DNA from: a virus
DNA length: 58,867 nucleotides
IMG/VR virus record: IMGVR_UViG_3300012933_000180
Coordinates: 1 to 58,867 of that record
Direction: 5' to 3' (one strand)
Under the pieces are notes generated by a model. That model was not told the DNA's origin. It saw only the letters and a program-made list of their open reading frames with translations, and searched no databases. Positions 26,088-35,473 of the stretch are shown one piece after another (positions within the stretch are counted from its first letter, which is position 1; every line of letters starts with the position of its first letter). A program made the position numbers and the translations under genes.

Positions 26088-27305
26088 TTATTTTTTCAAC
26101 CATGTCAGCTCGGATTTATCCACCTTGCTGTTTGGGTAACGTTTATTGTAGTCGTCCACGTCTTTCTCGGTAAGTTTTTTACCCTTGTATGTCCCATCCA
26201 AGATCGTAGTCTCGGCATCTGCGGGAGCTACGCCACGGCGGGCGAAGAACTGAGTTTGTTGCTGGCGGATTTCATCCGACGTAGAACCTTGCTTGACAAG
26301 CTCAAGTTCAGTCTTAGCCCAGTCACCTTCAACGGCGCTGCGGCCTCCAGTCTTAGCACCAGTAACTTTGGGGAACAGGCTAACGGGCTTACCCTTGCTG
26401 TCCATCGGGCCTTGCATGACACCGATTTCACCGTTCTTCTTGATGCCGTAGATTTTGCCGTCTTCGTCTTGTGAAAGAATTTGCTGGAAACCTTTCAGGC
26501 GATCACGAGCTTCGTCAGCCTGAGCACCCCACAGACTAGACTTAGCTGCCAGTTCTTTGGCGTCCAACGCATTACGCTCTTGGTAAACGCCGAGCATGCC
26601 AGTTTTGTACGTACGGTCAGTATCACCAGCCTTACGCTCAAGGTTGAGTTTGCCATAAACAGTGGGAGCCGCAGATGCCAGAGCGTCCATCTTCATGGCT
26701 TGCAGAGCGTCGCCAAGTTTGTCTTGGGGGATCATCATGTCGCCAGCGCCGGGGCGGGTCACCTTGTACAGCATCTCACCCTTGGGGCCAGCCACTGGGG
26801 TAGCAGTCACGCCTTTTGTACTGGTTGGGCCGAACTTATCTGCGTTGAACGCAGCCAAACCCTTGGTGATACCTTCCAAGTTGTTGGTTCGGATGGCTTC
26901 TTCCAACGGTGCAAACGATTCGTTGATGGAATCTACAGCGCTGGATTCACGTTCAGTACGCGCAGCTTGCTTAAGCTGAATAGACTTGGCAATAGACTCA
27001 GGCGTGTTGCGCGCAGCATACACACCGGCCATGTCAGAAAGAATTTCATGCTGCGCACGAGGCGTACGAACCGCTTTAGACGACTCGCCATCAATACCGC
27101 CGGTAGCGCCTTCGTAGGAAGTAGCCACGTTTTCGCGTTTGATGTTAGCCATTTGTTGGCGCACAGCGTCTTCCTCGGCGTATTTAGCACGCTCACGCGC
27201 CTGCTGTTCCTTGCGGAACTTGGCGTCGTCCATACGCTCGAGGTCTTGGATGCCTCCGGAAATGCCTTGGCCAACGCCACCCAAAATGCCCATGAGATTG
27301 GCCAT
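26088..27305 (-). CDS. Internal virion/ejection protein candidate (405 aa)
   Basis: ORF track. Gly-rich N-terminus MANLMGILGGVGQGISGG and coiled-coil-rich body. Position directly upstream of the giant gene. Confidence 0.6.
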   Translation of the reverse strand: MANLMGILGGVGQGISGGIQDLERMDDAKFRKEQQARERAKYAEEDAVRQQMANIKRENVATSYEGATGGIDGESSKAVRTPRAQHEILSDMAGVYAARNTPESIAKSIQLKQAARTERESSAVDSINESFAPLEEAIRTNNLEGITKGLAAFNADKFGPTSTKGVTATPVAGPKGEMLYKVTRPGAGDMMIPQDKLGDALQAMKMDALASAAPTVYGKLNLERKAGDTDRTYKTGMLGVYQERNALDAKELAAKSSLWGAQADEARDRLKGFQQILSQDEDGKIYGIKKNGEIGVMQGPMDSKGKPVSLFPKVTGAKTGGRSAVEGDWAKTELELVKQGSTSDEIRQQQTQFFARRGVAPADAETTILDGTYKGKKLTEKDVDDYNKRYPNSKVDKSELTWLKK

Positions 27306-27315
27306 GGCTTGCTCC

Positions 27316-27585
27316 TTAAACTTCGATCTGTACTTCGTCAGTGGTAGCTACAGCAACAACAGGTGCGACTTCGGCTTCCACTTTTTTGCTCTTGGCGCTC
27401 TTAGCTACCTTGAAAGCAGCAGCGGCCTCAGCCTCGTTGTTCATCTGCAAACCGAGCGCGTTCAAGAACGGCTGGCCGTCATCACCGATGTCAGTGATGT
27501 ATGTACGTTTGTCATTGACGCGAACAATCAGGCGACCGCCCATTGATTCAGCACCTACTGCTACTGCGAGTTCATCTAAAGTCAT
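27316..27585 (-). CDS. Hypothetical virion-module protein (89 aa)
   Basis: ORF track. No motif. Confidence 0.55.
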   Translation of the reverse strand: MTLDELAVAVGAESMGGRLIVRVNDKRTYITDIGDDGQPFLNALGLQMNNEAEAAAAFKVAKSAKSKKVEAEVAPVVAVATTDEVQIEV

Positions 27586-27587
27586 GG

Positions 27588-29033
27588 TTAAGCCTTTCCA
27601 ATACCAAGTTTTTTCTCATACGCCAAGCCATCTTGGCGAATCTTTTCGAGCTTAGCAAGCCCGATTTTGTCGACTGCATCAGGTTGGATGATGAACTCAT
27701 CGTCTGACACGCGAACCCGAACCATACCACGCTTCTTTGTAGGAGCGGAGTGATCTTCGATCTCGTTCATTTTGTGCAAAGCCTTGAGGCCGAGCTTCTT
27801 AACCGCGCCGATTGGCATGACGAAAGCGCCTTCAGGAATCTCCGTGGCGATCAAGTCATCCTTAGGACCGCCGGGGCCATCGACCTCACCGCCTTTGTTG
27901 TAGCCACTTTGGTTAACGATACCGCCTTCAGCAAACATACCCAAAGCAGAACCCGCCAACATGGCAGCACCAACCCATGGAAGCGCCGCACCCAAAGTGG
28001 CAGCAGCAGTACCCGCACCAGCAGTAGCAGCCCCAGCACCGGCAGCAGTAGCACCACCAGCAGCAGCACCGGATTCAGCCGCGATCATTGCATTTGCTTG
28101 AGCAGCCGTTAATTCCGCAGCACCAGCAGTTTCGGCACCAGCCGCAGCGTTAGTAGTAGCTGCGCCTGTGTTAGCTCCAAGAACGGAATCAACCGCCTCA
28201 GTAGCTTGAGCTGTAGGAGTCGCAGGAGCCATAGCTTTGTCAATCTGACCGCCAATACCTTGACCAACCTTATCGCCATAGCGCATCAGGCCGGGGCCCA
28301 CAGTGCTGGCAAACTGAGAGTTAGCTGACGGGCCAACTGGCGCACTTGGTGTGGGAGGGGGAGCTTGAATACCTTGCAACGCACCTTCGATACCACCGGT
28401 AGCGCGACCGCCATAAGCAAGTTTTTGGACGTATCCGCCGCCTTTGAGCTTAAGCACAGGGCCGCCGTCAGCACGAGTGGCAAAGCCGTACAGGTCGATA
28501 CCACCACGAACCGCACCCGCAGTATTGGCAGAAGCTTGCTGTTGTTCGCGCTGTGCAGCACTCATCAAATTAGAACCCGTAGCACTAGCACTTGACATAG
28601 CTGAGGAAGCGTTAGAAGGCAGGCCAGCCAACGTATTCGTGGTGTCTTGAAGACGAGCAAATCCCATCTGAGTACCGCGCTCACGTGCGCCTGTAACGCC
28701 AGCAGCACCTTGACCAAAGCCAGAAACCGCCATCTTGCGCATTTGAGAGTTGTACTCAGGACTACCGGGCTGGATACCATACGACTTCAAGTCGTCCGCC
28801 ATGCCTGTTTTGGCTTGGTCAAATGTAGATTGATAGTCCGCTTCGGCTTGACCAGCCATACGGTTTTGATTTGCCTGCGAGCCATAGTCCAGCGATTCGC
28901 TGACCATGCGTTCGTACATTGGGTAAGTCAGCTTTTCTGACAGGCCCATCAGACGCTCGGCTTGATCCGCCTGCGTCCCGTACAGTTTCTCTAGGTTTGC
29001 GTAATAAGAGCCGCCGCCGCCACCACCGCCCAT
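27588..29033 (-). CDS. Internal virion/ejection protein candidate (481 aa)
   Basis: N-terminal MGGGGGGGS. Long Ala/Gly/Thr low-complexity region with a TM-like ALPWVGAAMLAGSALGMF. Repeated GG-x-V boxes. C-terminal box GGEVDGPGGPKDDLI...GAFVMP is seen in podovirus internal proteins (from memory). Confidence 0.6.
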   Translation of the reverse strand: MGGGGGGGSYYANLEKLYGTQADQAERLMGLSEKLTYPMYERMVSESLDYGSQANQNRMAGQAEADYQSTFDQAKTGMADDLKSYGIQPGSPEYNSQMRKMAVSGFGQGAAGVTGARERGTQMGFARLQDTTNTLAGLPSNASSAMSSASATGSNLMSAAQREQQQASANTAGAVRGGIDLYGFATRADGGPVLKLKGGGYVQKLAYGGRATGGIEGALQGIQAPPPTPSAPVGPSANSQFASTVGPGLMRYGDKVGQGIGGQIDKAMAPATPTAQATEAVDSVLGANTGAATTNAAAGAETAGAAELTAAQANAMIAAESGAAAGGATAAGAGAATAGAGTAAATLGAALPWVGAAMLAGSALGMFAEGGIVNQSGYNKGGEVDGPGGPKDDLIATEIPEGAFVMPIGAVKKLGLKALHKMNEIEDHSAPTKKRGMVRVRVSDDEFIIQPDAVDKIGLAKLEKIRQDGLAYEKKLGIGKA

Positions 29034-29458
29034 TAGACACCTCGTTCCAAGATAGTGTAAATTTTACCGGCTTCAGGCACTACGCGCCTACAGTACCGTT
29101 CCATTGAAGGGCGAACCGCCCCTCGTATCGCAGAAGCACCGACCAGCTGCGCTAGCTCAGCCAGATGCTCCCAACAAATCTTTATGATGACATCAAACCC
29201 AGTTCCACCCATGGCTAGAACATACAGGACGCACTTCTTGGGGTACTCGAGAATCTCAAAGCACACTGCCAAATTGATCTTGTCGTTCTGAGACATCGCT
29301 GCGATAAACGCCCGCTTGTCCTTGACCATGGTCAGAATGTCATCGACGTCGAACTCCCCGGAGGAATGCTCGATGCCGGGCTCCAACAACGCACGTAGTT
29401 CAACCCACTGACGTTCGACCGTCTCAGGTAGGAGTACGTTTAGGGCGATGCCGGACAT
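29033..29458 (-). CDS. Hypothetical protein (141 aa)
   Basis: ORF track. No motif recognised. Confidence 0.6.
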   Translation of the reverse strand: MSGIALNVLLPETVERQWVELRALLEPGIEHSSGEFDVDDILTMVKDKRAFIAAMSQNDKINLAVCFEILEYPKKCVLYVLAMGGTGFDVIIKICWEHLAELAQLVGASAIRGAVRPSMERYCRRVVPEAGKIYTILERGV

Positions 29459-29470
29459 ACACCGATGTTA

Positions 29471-29632
29471 TCAGGTCGCAGGCGATTCGTCTGCTTTTTT
29501 CTCAGCTTCTTCTAGCTGTAGCCAACACTGATGTACGTTTGTGGCTATACCTGTGGCTAACTCAGAAGTCAGCTTACTGCCGATGTTGTTGGTCAAGGCC
29601 GTGGCCAAGACTTGCATAATTTGTTCACGCAT
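29471..29632 (-). CDS. Hypothetical small protein (53 aa)
   Basis: Hand-translated: MREQIMQVLATALTNNIGSKLTSELATGIATNVHQCWLQLEEAEKK... The ATG overlaps the fibre stop (ATGCGTGA). Confidence 0.4.
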   Translation of the reverse strand: MREQIMQVLATALTNNIGSKLTSELATGIATNVHQCWLQLEEAEKKADESPAT

Positions 29633-31544
29633 TGTTTGCTTCCAGTTGGGCTAGCCGCGCATCTATTTCTTTCAGCGCAGTGATGATAGGAGCTACGTAC
29701 GAAGCGTAGTCAGCAGCGAGTTTACCTTCAAGTGGGCCAGAACCAGTGGTGTACACGAGGGAAGACTCTTCTCCGGCCACATCCATCACGTCGTTGGCAA
29801 TCAAACCATACATCTTTTTCTTAAACCCAAACAGGCTGTCGTCTAGGTAGTAATACGTAACTGGGTTAAGTTGGCGGATGAAATCCATACCAAGGGTGTT
29901 TGGGGTGATGTCCTTTTTAAGAGACCTGTCTGATGTTTGGAAAATCGTATAGCCGACGTTGTTTGTGCCGCTTCCAGACACAGAGAAACCTACACCGGGG
30001 AATGTGCAAGATGCGCTAAAACTTTTACCAAACGACGCCAAATATGCCAATGTATCGGACGTGGTGCTGTAGTTAGTCAGGCTGGAAGTCGAGGAAGTTA
30101 TGTAGCCGCTTGGGTTGCTAGAGTTGTATGGGGTGTAACCCAAAGCACCGGTCACGTTTCCGCTAGTCAAGGACAGGGAGCCGCCAAGTGTAAGAAACCC
30201 GTCAGTGCTAACGTCCCCAGATAGTGATATACCAGACACTGTACCGGTACCACGAACTCGACTTACCGTACCGCCACCGATAGCTCCAATAGACACCCAA
30301 GTGCCATCATTGCGTAGGTACTTGTCAGTGCCACCATCAGGGGGCAACACCGCAACTCCGTTGTACGTCAAATACCCTTTGCCAATACTGATAGCTGTAG
30401 AAGTTGTGGTTGCTGCGGCAACAACGATACCCGCACCGGACGTAGAGTCCGACGTAAACGAACCGCCGTAAAAACCTACACCCACCACACCAACAGCGTT
30501 GTTGTTGTAGAACCCGCCTGAGGCTGTGCCTAGCACGCCTACGTTCCAAGCAGAATTTACTGAGTTAGCACGACCAAGCAACCCGACGCGGGCGTTAGTG
30601 CCTGCACTCGTAGCACCAACACCGAACACACTATAGTCCAGATAGAAAGGGGTGCCGTCAATAATTACTTGGTATGAGGTGGCAGCTTGGCCTTCAAAGT
30701 AAGCGTCGCCGCCGGTATTGATATCGCCCGAGAATACAGCATTGCCTGTGTTGTCAATCGAGAAAGTAACCACGCCAGACTTGACGCCGGTGATACCGTT
30801 CTCAGTCAATACCACGCCAGACCCACCAGTCACTACACCTGTGGAGGAGTTCCAAGTAACGCTGCCCGCTTGAATACCACCGGTATTGGTAACGGAAACC
30901 ACACCAGCTAAGGTATAGCTAGATGACGCTGACAGTTTGCTGGATACTTGAGATAGTGCGCTGGCCGCGTCTGAAGAAGCGTTGGACACATCCGTCAGAA
31001 CCGAACTGACAGTCTGCGATCCAAGGTACGCACCCGTCTGAATAACTGAGTTGGCCTTGATTGTGCCTAGCACCGTGAGGTTGCCCGTAGCAGCTTCTAT
31101 GGCCAGTGTGGTCTGCCATGCGCCAGTCGACTTGTTGTTGTAGCCAGCGATGATGCCTGTGGACGTAATGCCAAGTGCCGTACGGAAGTCGCCAGAATAC
31201 GCTGCTGTAGTGCCTAGGATCGAAGCATCTTTGTGCTGGAACGACATATACGTCGCCGCAGTCTTGATGATCGAATCGCTGTTACGCGCCCCAGATACAG
31301 CGGTTATAGCCCCAGAAACCAAATCGTCCTTTAGGTTCTGTACTGTGTACGCGCCGCCAAAGTTGGTGATATTGGTTGTACTGCTGGGAGACCCGAACGT
31401 GGTTGCCCCGCCAACTTGTGGAGCCTGCTCAACCGTAGCCGTAGCCTGAATTGAGTCGATGGTGATCTGCACGTTGCGCGAAAGCGCGTCCAACACGGCG
31501 CGGACTTGAGGGTCTGCAACCGCATGGGTTGGTGGGATGGGCAT
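29625..31544 (-). CDS. Tail fibre/spike with C-terminal S74 intramolecular-chaperone domain (639 aa from ATG 31544)
   Basis: C-terminal SDRSLKKDITPNTLGMDFIRQLNPVTYYY...KKKMYGLIANDV matches the endosialidase-type self-cleaving chaperone. Ser/Thr/Gly-rich body. The track ORF start at 31589 overlaps the upstream gene. Confidence 0.8.
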   Translation of the reverse strand: MPIPPTHAVADPQVRAVLDALSRNVQITIDSIQATATVEQAPQVGGATTFGSPSSTTNITNFGGAYTVQNLKDDLVSGAITAVSGARNSDSIIKTAATYMSFQHKDASILGTTAAYSGDFRTALGITSTGIIAGYNNKSTGAWQTTLAIEAATGNLTVLGTIKANSVIQTGAYLGSQTVSSVLTDVSNASSDAASALSQVSSKLSASSSYTLAGVVSVTNTGGIQAGSVTWNSSTGVVTGGSGVVLTENGITGVKSGVVTFSIDNTGNAVFSGDINTGGDAYFEGQAATSYQVIIDGTPFYLDYSVFGVGATSAGTNARVGLLGRANSVNSAWNVGVLGTASGGFYNNNAVGVVGVGFYGGSFTSDSTSGAGIVVAAATTTSTAISIGKGYLTYNGVAVLPPDGGTDKYLRNDGTWVSIGAIGGGTVSRVRGTGTVSGISLSGDVSTDGFLTLGGSLSLTSGNVTGALGYTPYNSSNPSGYITSSTSSLTNYSTTSDTLAYLASFGKSFSASCTFPGVGFSVSGSGTNNVGYTIFQTSDRSLKKDITPNTLGMDFIRQLNPVTYYYLDDSLFGFKKKMYGLIANDVMDVAGEESSLVYTTGSGPLEGKLAADYASYVAPIITALKEIDARLAQLEANNA

Positions 31545-31548
31545 GAAC

Positions 31549-33552
31549 TCAGACACTACGCAGCTCCGACATGGCATCGGCCATAGCAAATTCTTCCACG
31601 ATACCGGCGGTCTGGAATCTCACAGACCAGCGCAGCGAACGGTTGCCTGAAGGCAGTCGGTAGTAGCCTGTACCTGAAGCAGTGAATTGATACCATTCGG
31701 TATCGTCAGCATACAGGGTAACAGTTGTGGACGCAGTGCATTTGATGTACGCCGCGCCGAAGTTGACGTAGTCACCAAGAACAAAGTCCTTGCTCCACCA
31801 ATCCAGTGTGTAGTAGCTGCCCCCACGAAAACGGTAGACGTTCGCTCCCTTAGAGTAGTACAGCGTGTCCTGCACCGGCAGGTAGAACATGGAGTCGTAC
31901 GTCTCGTTGAATTGAGTCAGCGTACCAGCAGCCTCGTCCAGTCGAATCACGATACCCTTGGCGGATGCAGAAGACACCATAACAAGGTAGCCGTCCGTGT
32001 AGCCGAACCGAGCGTCCGATGCGATAGCCGAAATCGTGTTACGCCAGTTTTCGCGAGAGTAGAACTTCTGGCTCAGAGCCATGGTGGCCTGAGACCCTTG
32101 TACCAAGACAACGCCGTCGTTCGAGGCGTAGGCCACTGCACCCTCTAAGTTGGCCATCAACTTGTGGGATATACCGGCTTGAGGTAGAGGAAGCTTCTGC
32201 GAGGCCATGTTGGCAGGCACGCTGCCGAGAATCATGAACGCATTAGCTTTCGTGGTTACAACCAAGGACTGGGCGTCTGCGCAGATTCCGACCACGGGGT
32301 GCGGAAACGACTTGATGTACTGCCACGAATGTGGGCGGTAGGGCTCGCTCAGGTACACCTTGTTGTCTTTATAAGCAGCGAACACACCGTTAGGCATGGC
32401 GGTCAAACCGAGCATACCGGTAACTGGAGGCTCCCATTCAAGGGAGGGCAGTAAAGTACCAACGTCGGAAGACTTGTACGTCTTGTCTTCGTACACCGTA
32501 GTGCTGCCGGACTTCAGCGTGGCGGCTACTTTAAAGTAGTTAGGGTTTGTACCAAAGGTACGGTAAATGTTTGTGGACGCTCTGGGCTTGTACCCCGTGA
32601 ACGTAGGGACAGTCGTACCGACTTCGACGTACTGCATGTACGTAACACCAACAGCGTTAGCTGGCGAGGGTGCAGACTCTTCGCCAAAGTCGTTCACCAT
32701 GGTGTAGACATAGGCTCTGTTTTCTACGATACCCCAAGAGAACGTTACCTTTCCGGCGTCCGTCAACGTCATCTCAAGACCGCCGGGGAACGCTGAGCTA
32801 CGCGTAGGCGTAGTCGACCCAGACGAAATGGTTACGTTAAAGAACTCTTTGTTTGGCGACACCGTAGTGTCTTTCATAATGATCTGGCACACCAGCTTGG
32901 CGTCCGTCGGAGTGCCCGAAGGAGTCCCTGCTTCAGTCACAGTAGTAGTCTCGCCAGTTTCTGCGTTGTAGCTAGTAACCGCAGTCTTCCCGTCGTTGTA
33001 AGCAGTTTTGGTAGGTGGAGTAAACGTGTACTCTTTCCACGCAGTCACTTCAACAAGACTACTTAGCGTGCTGGCTTTGTCGTACTGCTTACCGTCGAGC
33101 TCGTACCAAGCGTCCAACGTAACGGATTTAGTGGGGTAGTCGGGCAGCGCATCGCGCTCCTTGATGGTGAGAGTAACCTGTGTGTCTGGCGTAGGTACGC
33201 CAACTAACCATGAAGACGATGGTTGCCCGCCGGTAGATGCCGCTAGGCTGTACTGCGTAACCTTGAACCCGTCTGAGTTCATAAAGTACACACGGCCAAA
33301 GCTGTCTTCCAACACGGGGCCTTTGTAGGCGTAGGTCTCAGTAGGCCACGTAAAGAAGTTTGTGCCTTCTTCCGTGTAAATGCCCTTGACCGTGTTGGCC
33401 ATGGTCTTCAGCAACGCGCCATCTTTCAACGGGCGAAGGTCGTTCTGAGCAAAATCGCAGTTAATTGCCTGCTGTGCGTTAGCCTCCGAAAGCTTGTACT
33501 TAGGGATGTTCGGCAGTTCGCCGGAGAAGTTTTTCAGAACGATCGAAGTCAT
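31549..33552 (-). CDS. Large tail protein (667 aa), possibly nozzle/tubular-type
   Basis: ORF track. Size and position next to the fibre gene. No diagnostic motif. Confidence 0.5.
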   Translation of the reverse strand: MTSIVLKNFSGELPNIPKYKLSEANAQQAINCDFAQNDLRPLKDGALLKTMANTVKGIYTEEGTNFFTWPTETYAYKGPVLEDSFGRVYFMNSDGFKVTQYSLAASTGGQPSSSWLVGVPTPDTQVTLTIKERDALPDYPTKSVTLDAWYELDGKQYDKASTLSSLVEVTAWKEYTFTPPTKTAYNDGKTAVTSYNAETGETTTVTEAGTPSGTPTDAKLVCQIIMKDTTVSPNKEFFNVTISSGSTTPTRSSAFPGGLEMTLTDAGKVTFSWGIVENRAYVYTMVNDFGEESAPSPANAVGVTYMQYVEVGTTVPTFTGYKPRASTNIYRTFGTNPNYFKVAATLKSGSTTVYEDKTYKSSDVGTLLPSLEWEPPVTGMLGLTAMPNGVFAAYKDNKVYLSEPYRPHSWQYIKSFPHPVVGICADAQSLVVTTKANAFMILGSVPANMASQKLPLPQAGISHKLMANLEGAVAYASNDGVVLVQGSQATMALSQKFYSRENWRNTISAIASDARFGYTDGYLVMVSSASAKGIVIRLDEAAGTLTQFNETYDSMFYLPVQDTLYYSKGANVYRFRGGSYYTLDWWSKDFVLGDYVNFGAAYIKCTASTTVTLYADDTEWYQFTASGTGYYRLPSGNRSLRWSVRFQTAGIVEEFAMADAMSELRSV

Positions 33553-33578
33553 GGCCTATTGTCCCATCAGATTAGCTG

Positions 33579-34193
33579 TCAAGCAAGCACAGAGCTGTCC
33601 GCACAAGCTGCAAGAGCTAAATTAGTATGCTTGACGCGATCATCGTACCCGATAGTTCCGCCGTTGATTTTCTTAGTTAGCGCAACCCAGTCACCCGCCT
33701 CAGCCAGTTTGTTGCAACCGTGGGTAGACCAGAACCAGCCAGCAGTCAAAGCAGCGTACTTTGGAGTAGCCACCAAATCAGGGTTCATTACGAAGTCCAC
33801 GCCGAGAGCTTGCCCCGCATGGTAGTAATTCGCATGGCCAGTAAGCTGAATACAACCACGACCCCTAAACCTAAAGCCATCACCGCTAAGCTCGTCGCGA
33901 TTGCCCATGCGTGAAGCGTAGACCATATTGGCGATTTTCTTGGGATTGCCTGCATACTGGTTAGCCAATTCAAGAGTAGGGAAACGCTTAGGCCATAGCT
34001 TCATCAGCGTGGCGGCTCGGTAGTTAAGGTTCTCTTCCAAGACTTTGAAATGACCGCATTCGTGCCCGCACTGGCCGATGAAGGCAGCCTGCTGTCTGGG
34101 CGTAGCGATCATAAATTGGGCAAACGTATCGTTGAGGGCCGGAACCCACTCGATGCCGATGTGCAGTTTTTGTAGTTGCTCAGCGTTGACCAT
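33579..34193 (-). CDS. Endolysin, glycoside hydrolase family 19 (204 aa)
   Basis: QCGHECGHFKVLEENLNY, FRGRGCIQLTGHANY, AGWFWSTHGCN and INGGTIGYDDR are GH19 (class I chitinase-like) lysozyme signatures. Confidence 0.9.
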   Translation of the reverse strand: MVNAEQLQKLHIGIEWVPALNDTFAQFMIATPRQQAAFIGQCGHECGHFKVLEENLNYRAATLMKLWPKRFPTLELANQYAGNPKKIANMVYASRMGNRDELSGDGFRFRGRGCIQLTGHANYYHAGQALGVDFVMNPDLVATPKYAALTAGWFWSTHGCNKLAEAGDWVALTKKINGGTIGYDDRVKHTNLALAACADSSVLA

Positions 34194-34638
34194 TTGCGGC
34201 CTCCCTTACTTGCTCGTAGGCTGCGATGCAGGCGTTGAGCTGGTTGATGGCGCGGTCTCCGTCGGCGACGATTTGAGCAATAAGTTCGAGAGTCGCTCGG
34301 TCAGATTCGCTTCCTGCTTGGTTATTCCCGCTGGGAGCGGTGGAACCTGAAGCGGCTTGTACGCAACTTGCGGAGGGGAGGCGCACCCCGCCAGACTTGA
34401 TAAGGCGAGTAAGGTCAGACTCTTTTTTAGCGATAACATCGTTGGCATCCTTCAGTTCGGTTGATGTGGCAGCAAGCTGTTCATCCAGCTTGTGTTTCGT
34501 CTTGCGGATCTCTTCGTTCTTGCTGGCGATCTCCGCCTGCATCTCTATGTCGCGGTCCACAAAACCCGCATGGTGGCCGTAGAAATATGCACTTATGCAA
34601 ACACCTAGGGCCCCCAGAATCATCCAAGGGTTCGGCAT
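34180..34638 (-). CDS. Rz: i-spanin (Rz-like, 152 aa)
   Basis: N-terminal TM WMILGALGVCISAYFY, coiled-coil periplasmic domain, C-terminal DRATLELIAQIVADGDRAINQLNACIAAY typical of Rz. Overlaps the endolysin by 14 nt. Confidence 0.8.
   Translation of the reverse strand: MPNPWMILGALGVCISAYFYGHHAGFVDRDIEMQAEIASKNEEIRKTKHKLDEQLAATSTELKDANDVIAKKESDLTRLIKSGGVRLPSASCVQAASGSTAPSGNNQAGSESDRATLELIAQIVADGDRAINQLNACIAAYEQVREAANGQR
34206..34448 (-). CDS. Rz1: o-spanin (Rz1-like lipoprotein) embedded in Rz in another frame
   Basis: MLSLKKSLTLLALSSLAGC lipobox followed by the Pro-rich ASPPQVAYKPLQVPPLPAG. Lies entirely inside 34180..34638. The start may be the Met at 34439. Confidence 0.75.
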   Translation of the reverse strand: MPTMLSLKKSLTLLALSSLAGCASPPQVAYKPLQVPPLPAGITKQEANLTERLSNLLLKSSPTETAPSTSSTPASQPTSK

Positions 34639-35150
34639 TATGCGTCCTCCAATTTGGCTGCTGCTCGTTCATGGGCAATGTCCGAATGCGCCGGATCAAC
34701 AAAGTCGGCTGGAGTTGTGGGTGGAGGTGGCGCACGCCACTCTTCGTCTAAGGCTGGGTTCTTAAACCCGCCGAAGTTGAAATCAAACATACCCCCGGAA
34801 GCCGCAGTCACTGGGGTGACGCTAGGTGCTACGGCTTGGGGCTGTGGGGGTGGAGTAGGCTGTGAGGATGCCAGCTTCTCGGCAACGGCTTGGACGCCCT
34901 TGCGACTCATCACTCCGCCGATACCGCCGACAACTAGGAGGACGATGTCATTGAGCATCTTGGCAAACGCCTGATCCATAGGAGCCATGGACTTCAATGG
35001 CTGCGTCACGAACGCCAAGCTGTACAGCATGAACGCTACGATACCGGCCAAAATAAATGTCACTACGACCACGACGAAGCCCCAGATGCGGACTTCAAAT
35101 TCTTCAGCGGTCAGAAGCCGCTTGTGCTGGGGTGGGTGCTTGTTGAACAA
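34638..35150 (-). CDS. Two-TM membrane protein, holin candidate (170 aa, TTG start)
   Basis: TM1 IWGFVVVVVTFILAGIVAFMLY, TM2 IVLLVVGGIGGVM, Pro-rich C-terminus. GGAG 7 nt upstream of the TTG. TAATG coupling to Rz. Confidence 0.6.
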   Translation of the reverse strand: MFNKHPPQHKRLLTAEEFEVRIWGFVVVVVTFILAGIVAFMLYSLAFVTQPLKSMAPMDQAFAKMLNDIVLLVVGGIGGVMSRKGVQAVAEKLASSQPTPPPQPQAVAPSVTPVTAASGGMFDFNFGGFKNPALDEEWRAPPPPTTPADFVDPAHSDIAHERAAAKLEDA

Positions 35151-35328
35151 CTTGTTTCTCCAATACAGGGGCTACGAGGTAATCTGGACAATCCTGCGTG
35201 AACAGGCAGTCAGGGCGTTGGCAACGTTTCTGCGGCCAGTTTGCTGGGTCTTGGCAGAAGTACCTGTAACGGTCTTCGCAGGCTGCCAAGCTACTCAGGA
35301 TCAATAGGATCGCGGCGAGCTTTTTCAC
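35104..35328 (-). CDS. Small Cys-rich lipoprotein (74 aa, GTG start)
   Basis: Signal peptide MKKLAAILLILSSLAAC with lipobox. The mature 57 aa has four further Cys. Overlaps both neighbours (38 and 47 nt). Confidence 0.65.
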   Translation of the reverse strand: MKKLAAILLILSSLAACEDRYRYFCQDPANWPQKRCQRPDCLFTQDCPDYLVAPVLEKQVVQQAPTPAQAASDR

Positions 35329-35473
35329 GTTTCTTTTCCTTTTCTTCCAAGCGCAAGACTAGCGCATCCACTTTCTTGATCTGCACGTTCGTGTGCAGTA
35401 TGGCAAACGACAGCAACATGATGCACAGAATAAGAAGCGTCACGATGGCAACCCAGAACCAGAATTCTCTCAT
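35291..35473 (-). CDS. Single-TM protein with charged C-terminal helix (60 aa)
   Basis: MREFWFWVAIVTLLILCIMLLSFAIL followed by KKVDALVLRLEEKEKKREKARR. ATGA coupling. Internal Met of track ORF 35291..35575. Confidence 0.55.
   Translation of the reverse strand: MREFWFWVAIVTLLILCIMLLSFAILHTNVQIKKVDALVLRLEEKEKKREKARRDPIDPE

Noticed and set aside
26481-27347. 288-aa plus-strand ORF antisense to the 405-aa ejection-protein gene
   Set aside because: Same reasoning as above: an antisense shadow ORF with no start context, and it contradicts the tightly coupled minus-strand gene chain.
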